In this document: piece after piece, positions 20,871-27,234 of the stretch
Layout of the letters: the number at the start of each line of letters is the position of its first letter
Numbering within the stretch: the stretch's first letter is position 1
DNA from: Utricularia gibba
Lineage: Eukaryota > Plantae > Magnoliophyta
Direction of reading: 5' to 3'
NCBI GenBank assembly: GCA_002189035.1
Contig: NEEC01000394.1
Location: forward strand, 1-27,234
Length of the DNA stretch: 27,234 nt
The notes under the pieces: generated by a model
What the model was told of the DNA's origin: nothing
Database searches by the model: none
Seen by the model: the letters and a program-made list of their open reading frames with translations, nothing else
Translations under genes and position numbers: made by a program

Positions 20871-23800
20871 CATGAGATCCTACTTCAATAAAGGTATCAC
20901 GATTTTCGTCGAATGGGACCTTATTGTGCTGTGAAGTCAGACCGAACCTTGGGTCCGGACGAAGTTCCCAACAACAGCACCCGCCAAAAAACGACAACTT
21001 TTCCTTGAAAAAGCATGTAGGCAGCCGCCGAAAACCCAACGTTAATAAATGCATCACTTTTTTGGCCGGGCTACAAATGACTATGGGCCAGAGCGCGACT
21101 CGACCATTTGCTCGATACTAGTGCCAGCCTAGAGCACCTCGTCAAATATAAATCAGGTTGTTGAGAAAACCATTTGGGGCGCTCATGACATCCTAACTTC
21201 ATTAAATGCATCACGATTTTCATCGAGTAGGACCCGATTGGGCTCAGGAGCCAGACCAAACCTTGGGCCCTTACAAAGCTGCCAACGACAGCACCCGCCT
21301 TAAAACGGCAAGCTGTTGCTTGAAAAACCATGTGGGCAGCCGCCGACAACCCAACGTTAATAAATGCATCACTTCTTTGACGGGCTACAGCTGACTTTGT
21401 CCCCAAGCCCGACCCGAATTCCGGCCCGATCTCGGTGACCCACAAAAGCGCCTTCTCAAGTTTAAAGCATGCTGTTGAAAAAAGCATTTGGGGTGGTCAT
21501 GAGATCCTACTTCAATAAAGGTATCACGATTTTCGTCGAATGGGACCTTATTGTGCTGTGAAGTCAGACCGAACCTTGGGTCCGGACGAAGTTCCCAACA
21601 ACAGCACCCGCCAAAAAACGACAACTTTTCCTTGAAAAAGCATGTAGGCAGCCGCCGAAAACCCAACGTTAATAAATGCATCACTTTTTTGGCCGGGCTA
21701 CAAATGACTATGGGCCAGAGCGCGACTCGACCATTTGCTCGATACTAGTGCCAGCCTAGAGCACCTCGTCAAATATAAATCAGGTTGTTGAGAAAACCAT
21801 TTGGGGCGCTCATGACATCCTAACTTCATTAAATGCATCACGATTTTCATCGAGTAGGACCCGATTGGGCTCAGGAGCCAGACCAAACCTTGGGCCCTTA
21901 CAAAGCTGCCAACGACAGCACCCGCCTTAAAACGGCAAGCTGTTGCTTGAAAAACCATGTGGGCAGCCGCCGACAACCAACGTTAATAAATGCATCACTT
22001 CTTTTGACGGGCTACAGCTGACTTTGTCCCCAAGCCCGACCCGAATTCCGGCCCGATCTGGTGACCCACAAAAGCGCCTTCTCAAGTTTAAGCATGCTGT
22101 TGAAAAAAGCATTTGGGGTGGTCATGAGATCCTAACTTCAATAAAGGTATCACGATTTTCGTCGAATGGGACCTTATTGTGCTGTGAAGTCAGACCGAAC
22201 CTTGGGTCCGGACGAAGTTCCCAACAAGCACCGCCAAAAAACGACAACTTTTCCTTGAAAAAGCATGTAGGCAGCCGCCGAAAACCCAACGTTAATAAAT
22301 GCATCACTTTTTTGGCCGGGCTACAAATGACTATGGGCCAGAGCGCGACTCGACCATTTGCTCGATACTAGTGCCAGCCTAGAGCACCTCGTCAAATATA
22401 AATCAGGTTGTTGAGAAAACCATTTGGGGCGCTCATGACATCCTAACTTCATTAAATGCATCACGATTTTCATCGAGTAGGACCCGATTGGGCTCAGGAG
22501 CCAGACCAAACCTTGGGCCCTTACAAAGCTGCCAACGACAGCACCCGCCTTAAAACGGCAAGCTGTTGCTTGAAAAACCATGTGGGCAGCCGCCGACAAC
22601 CCAACGTTAATAAATGCATCACTTCTTTTGACGGGCTACAGCTGACTTTGTCCCCAAGCCGACCCGAATTCGGCCCGATCTCGGTGACCCACAAAAGCGC
22701 CTTCTCAAGTTTAAAGCATGCTGTTGAAAAAAGCATTTGGGGTGGTCATGAGATCCTCACTTCAATAAAGGTATCACGATTTTCGTCGAATGGGACCTTA
22801 TTGTGCTGTGAAGTCAGACCGAACCTTGGGTCCGGACGAAGTTCCAAACAACAGCACCGCCAAAAAACGACAACTTTTCCTTGAAAAAGCATGTAGGCAG
22901 CCGCCGAAAACCCAACGTTAATAAATGCATCACTTTTTTGGCCGGGCTACAAATGACTATGGGCCAGAGCGCGACTCGACCATTTGCTCGATACTAGTGC
23001 CAGCCTAGAGCACCTCGTCAAATATAAATCAGGTTGTTGAGAAAACCATTTGGGGCGCTCATGACATCCTAACTTCATTAAATGCATCACGATTTTCATC
23101 GAGTAGGACCCGATTGGGCTCAGGAGCCAGACCAAACTTGGGCCCTTACAAAGCTGCCAACGACAGCACCCGCCTTAAAACGGCAAGCTGTTGCTTGAAA
23201 AACCATGTGGGCAGCCGCCGACAACCCAACGTTAATAAATGCATCACTTCTTTTGACGGGCTACAGCTGACTTTGTCCCCCAAGCCCGACCCGAATTCCG
23301 GCCGATCTCGGTGACCCACAAAAGCGCCTTCTCAAGTTTAAAGCATGCTGTTGAAAAAAGCATTTGGGGTGGTCATGAGATCCTACTTCAATAAAGGTAT
23401 CACGATTTTCGTCGAATGGGACCTTATTGTGCTGTGAAGTCAGACCGAACCTTGGGTCCGGACGAAGTTCCCAACAACAGCACCCGCAAAAAACGACAAC
23501 TTTTCCTTGAAAAAGCATGTAGGCAGCCGCCGAAAACCCAACGTTAATAAATGCATCACTTTTTTGGCCGGGCTACAAATGACTATGGGCCAGAGCGCGA
23601 CTCGACCATTTGCTCGATACTAGTGCCAGCCTAGAGCACCTCGTCAAATATAAATCAGGTTGTTGAGAAAACCATTTGGGGCGCTCATGACATCAACTTC
23701 ATTAAATGCATCACGATTTTCATCGAGTAGGACCCGATTGGGCTCAGGAGCCAGACCAAACCTTGGGCCCTTACAAAGCTGCCAACGACAGCACCCGCCT

Positions 23801-26800
23801 TAAAACGGCAAGCTGTTGCTTGAAAAACCATGTGGGCAGCCGCCGACAACCCAACGTTAATAAATGCATCACTTCTTTTGACGGGCTACAGCTGACTTTG
23901 TCCCCCAAGCCCGACCCGAATTCCGGCCCGATCTCGGTGACCCACAAAGCGCCTTCTCAAGTGTATAGCATGCTGTTGAAAAAAGCATTTGGGGTGGTCA
24001 TGAGATCCTAACTTCAATAAAGGTATCACGATTTTCGTCGAATGGGACCTTATTGTGCTGTGAAGTCAGACCGAACCTTGGGTCCGGACGAAGTTCCCAA
24101 CAACAGCACCCGCCAAAAAACGACAACTTTTCCTTGAAAAAGCATGTAGGCAGCCGCCGAAAACCCAACGTTAATAAATGCATCACTTTTTTGGCCGGGC
24201 TACAAATGACTATGGGCCAGAGCGCGACTCGACCATTTGCTCGATACTAGTGCCAGCCTAGCACCTCGTCAAATATAAATCAGGTTGTTGAGAAAACCAT
24301 TTGGGGCGCTCATGACATCCTAACTTCATTAAATGCATCACGATTTTCATCGAGTAGGACCCGATTGGGCTCAGGAGCCAGACCAAACCTTGGGCCCTTA
24401 CAAAGCTGCCAACGACAGCACCCGCCTTAAAACGGCAAGCTGTTGCTTGAAAAACCATGTGGGCAGCCGCCGACAACCCAACGTTAATAAATGCATCACT
24501 TCTTTTGACGGGCTACAGCTGACTTTGTCCCCAAGCCGACCCGAATTCCGGCCCGATCTCGGGGACCCACAAAAGCGCCTTCTCAAGTGTAAAGCATGCT
24601 GTTGAAAAAAGCATTTGGGGTGGTCATGAGATCCTCACTTCAATAAAGGTATCACGATTTTCGTCGAATGGGACCTTATTGTGCTGTGAAGTCAGACCGA
24701 ACCTTGGGTCCGGACGAAGTTCCCAACAACAGCACCCGCCAAAAAACGACAACTTTTCCTTGAAAAAGCATGTAGGCAGCCGCCGAAAACCCAACGTTAA
24801 TAAATGCATCACTTTTTTGGCCGGGCTACAAATGACTATGGGCCAGAGCGCGACTCGACCATTTGCTCGATACTAGTGCCAGCCTAGAGCACCTCGTCAA
24901 ATATAAATCAGGTTGTTGAGAAAACCATTTGGGGCGCTCATGACATCCTAACTTCATTAAATGCATCACGATTTTCATCGAGTAGGACCGATTGGGCTCA
25001 GGAGCCAGACCAAACCTTGGGCCCTTACAAAGCTGCCAACGACAGCACCCGCCTTAAAACGGCAAGCTGTTGCTTGAAAAACCATGTGGGCAGCCGCCGA
25101 CAACCCAACGTTAATAAATGCATCACTTCTTTTGACGGGCTACAGCTGACTTTGTCCCCAAGCCGACCCGAATTCCGGCCGATCTCGGTGACCCACAAAA
25201 GCGCCTTCTCAAGTGTATAGCATGCTGTTGAAAAAAGCATTTGGGGTGGTCATGAGATCCTAACTTCAATAAAGGTATCACGATTTTCGTCGAATGGGAC
25301 CTTATTGTGCTGTGAAGTCAGACCGAACCTTGGGTCCGGACGAAGTTCCCAACAACAGCACCCGCCAAAAAACGACAACTTTTCCTTGAAAAAGCATGTA
25401 GGCAGCCGCCGAAAACCCAACGTTAATAAATGCATCACTTTTTGGCCGGGCTACAAATGACTATGGGCCAGAGCGCGACTCGACCATTTGCTCGATACTA
25501 GTGCCAGCCTAGAGCACCTCGTCAAATATAAATCAGGTTGTTGAGAAAACCATTTGGGGCGCTCATGACATCCTAACTTCATTAAATGCATCACGATTTT
25601 CATCGAGTAGGACCCGATTGGGCTCAGGAGCCAGACCAAACCTTGGCCCTTACAAAGCTGCCAACGACAGCACCCCTTAAAACGGCAAGCTGTTGCTTGA
25701 AAAACCATGGGGCAGCCGCCGACAACCAACGTTAATAAATGCATCACTTCTTTTGACGGGCTACAGCTGACTTTGTCCCCCAAGCCCGACCCGAATTCCG
25801 GCCGATCTCGGTGACCCACAAAAGCGCCTTCTCAAGTGTATAGCATGCTGTTGAAAAAAGCATTTGGGGTGTCATGAGATCCTAACTTCAATAAAGGTAT
25901 CACGATTTTCGTCGAATGGGACCTTATTGTGCTGTGAAGTCAGACCGAACCTTGGGTCCGGACGAAGTTCCCAACAACAGCACCCGCCAAAAAACGACAA
26001 CTTTTCCTTGAAAAAGCATGTAGGCAGCCGCCGAAAACCAACGTTAATAAATGCATCACTTTTTTGGCCGGGCTACAAATGACTATGGGCCAGAGCGCGA
26101 CTCGACCATTTGCTCGATACTAGTGCCAGCCTAGAGCACCTCGTCAAATATAAATCAGGTTGTTGAGAAAACCATTTGGGGCGCTCATGACATCCTAACT
26201 TCATTAAATGCATCACGATTTTCATCGAGTAGGACCCGATTGGGCTCAGGAGCCAGACCAAACCTTGGGCCCTTACAAAGCTGCCAACGACAGCACCCGC
26301 CTTAAAACGGCAAGCTGTTGCTTGAAAAACCATGTGGGCAGCCGCCGACAACCCAACGTTAATAAATGCATCACTTCTTTTGACGGGCTACAGCTGACTT
26401 TGTCCCCCAAGCCCGACCCGAATTCCGGCCCGATCTCGGTGACCCACAAAAGCGCCTTCTCAAGTGTATAGCATGCTGTTGAAAAAATTTGGGTGGTCAT
26501 GAGATCCTACTTCAATAAAGGTATCACGATTTTCGTCGAATGGGACCTTATTGTGCTGTGAAGTCAGACCGAACCTTGGGTCCGGACGAAGTTCCCAACA
26601 ACAGCACCGCCAAAAAACGACAACTTTTCCTTGAAAAAGCATGTAGGCAGCCGCCGAAAACCCAACGTTAATAAATGCATCACTTTTTTGGCCGGGCTAC
26701 AAATGACTATGGGCCAGAGCGCGACTCGACCATTTGCTCGATACTAGTGCCAGCCTAGAGCACCTCGTCAAATATAAATCAGGTTGTTGAGAAAACCATT

Positions 26801-27234
26801 TGGGGCGCTCATGACATCATAAACTTCATTAAATGCATCACGATTTTCATCGAGTAGGACCCGATTGGGCTAAGGAGCCAGACCAAACCTTGGGCCCTTA
26901 CAAAGCTGCCAACGACAGCACCCGCCTTAAAACGGCAAGCTGTTGCTTGAAAAACCATGTGGGCAGCCGCGACAACCCAACGTTAATAAATGCATCACTT
27001 CTTTTGACGGGCTACAGCTGACTTTGTCCCCAAGCCCGACCCGAATTCCGGCCGATCTCGGTGACCCACAAAAGCGCCTTCTCAAGTTTAAGCATGCTGT
27101 TGAAAAAAGCATTTGGGGTGGTCATGAGATCCTCACTTCAATAAAGGTATCACGATTTTCGTCGAATGGGACCTTATTGTGCTGTGAAGTCAGACCGAAC
27201 CTTGGGTCCGGACGAAGTTCCCAACAACAGCACC
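20871..27234. repeat. Right domain: A-B* dimer HOR (~622-627 bp), 10 complete copies plus a partial A
   Basis: A starts at 20871, 21498, 22123, 22747, 23374, 23999, 24625, 25251, 25873, 26498, 27123. No B' or C-specific 5' sequence occurs here. Every B* carries GACGGGCTACAGCTGACTTTGTCCCC(C)AAG. Confidence 0.95.

Larger units (their letters stand above)
1..27234. repeat. Tandem satellite DNA array, ~313-bp monomer (two diverged ~157-bp halves), head-to-tail, with higher-order repeat organisation
   Basis: CATGA(G/C)ATC recurs 88 times from 277 to 27123 at spacings of mostly 301-316 bp (shortest 237). TAAATGCATCAC-like and TTGA(G)AAAA motifs recur every ~155-159 bp. No unique sequence and no inversion was seen. 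The array runs off both window ends. Confidence 0.99.

Noticed and set aside
202-27112. All ORFs in the six-frame track (longest 195 aa at 12549-13136; recurring MHHDFHRVG..., MMHLLTLG..., MVFQATAC... peptides)
   Set aside because: They are translations of the same repeat units on both strands and in several frames. Their ends shift with each 1-bp indel, indels show no frame-preserving bias, and I recognise no protein motif.
1-27234. CRISPR-like repeat/spacer array (conserved box every ~157 bp)
   Set aside because: The intervening segments are not unique spacers but recur near-identically every HOR. Unit sizes do not fit, and there is no leader or cas gene.
1-27234. Transposable element, LTR or MITE origin
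   Set aside because: No terminal inverted repeats, target-site duplications, PBS/PPT or coding remnants are visible, and the array is not interrupted by any insertion.
1-27234. rDNA/5S array, tRNA or snRNA tandem genes, or rDNA intergenic sub-repeats
   Set aside because: No recognisable rRNA, 5S, tRNA cloverleaf or Pol III A/B box, and no flanking rDNA within 27 kb.

Overview
The whole 27,234-bp window is one uninterrupted head-to-tail tandem satellite array in a single orientation (about 48-50% GC by hand count of consensus units). I see no credible gene, RNA gene, transposon or CRISPR array, and the ORF track only repeats the same short peptides once per repeat. Cutting at the TCATGA site that recurs once per unit gives 87 complete ~313-bp monomers (277-27122; mean ~309 bp, shortened by scattered deletions) plus two partial ends. 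Each monomer is itself two diverged ~156-159-bp halves. There are four monomer classes: A (CATGAGATCC..GGTATCAC..ACTAGT), B (CATGACATCC..TTCATTAAATGC..GAATTCC), B' (B 5' half plus a distinct C-rich 3' half) and C (..CTAACAAAAGCAAATGC.. plus a B-type 3' half). They form two higher-order repeats (HORs), a ~625-bp A-B dimer and a ~940-bp A-B'-C trimer, arranged in three domains. The left domain (1-9141) is mostly dimers, with two isolated trimers and an apparent ~4-kb block duplication. The middle domain (9142-20870) has 12 trimers and one recombinant dimer. The right domain (20871-27234) has 10 dimers whose B unit carries alleles otherwise seen in C. This looks like eukaryotic heterochromatic (centromeric or subtelomeric) satellite DNA; the species and family cannot be confirmed from the sequence alone. 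Deletions are ragged and fall at sites where repeat variants disagree, so part of the fine-scale variation may be long-read consensus error.
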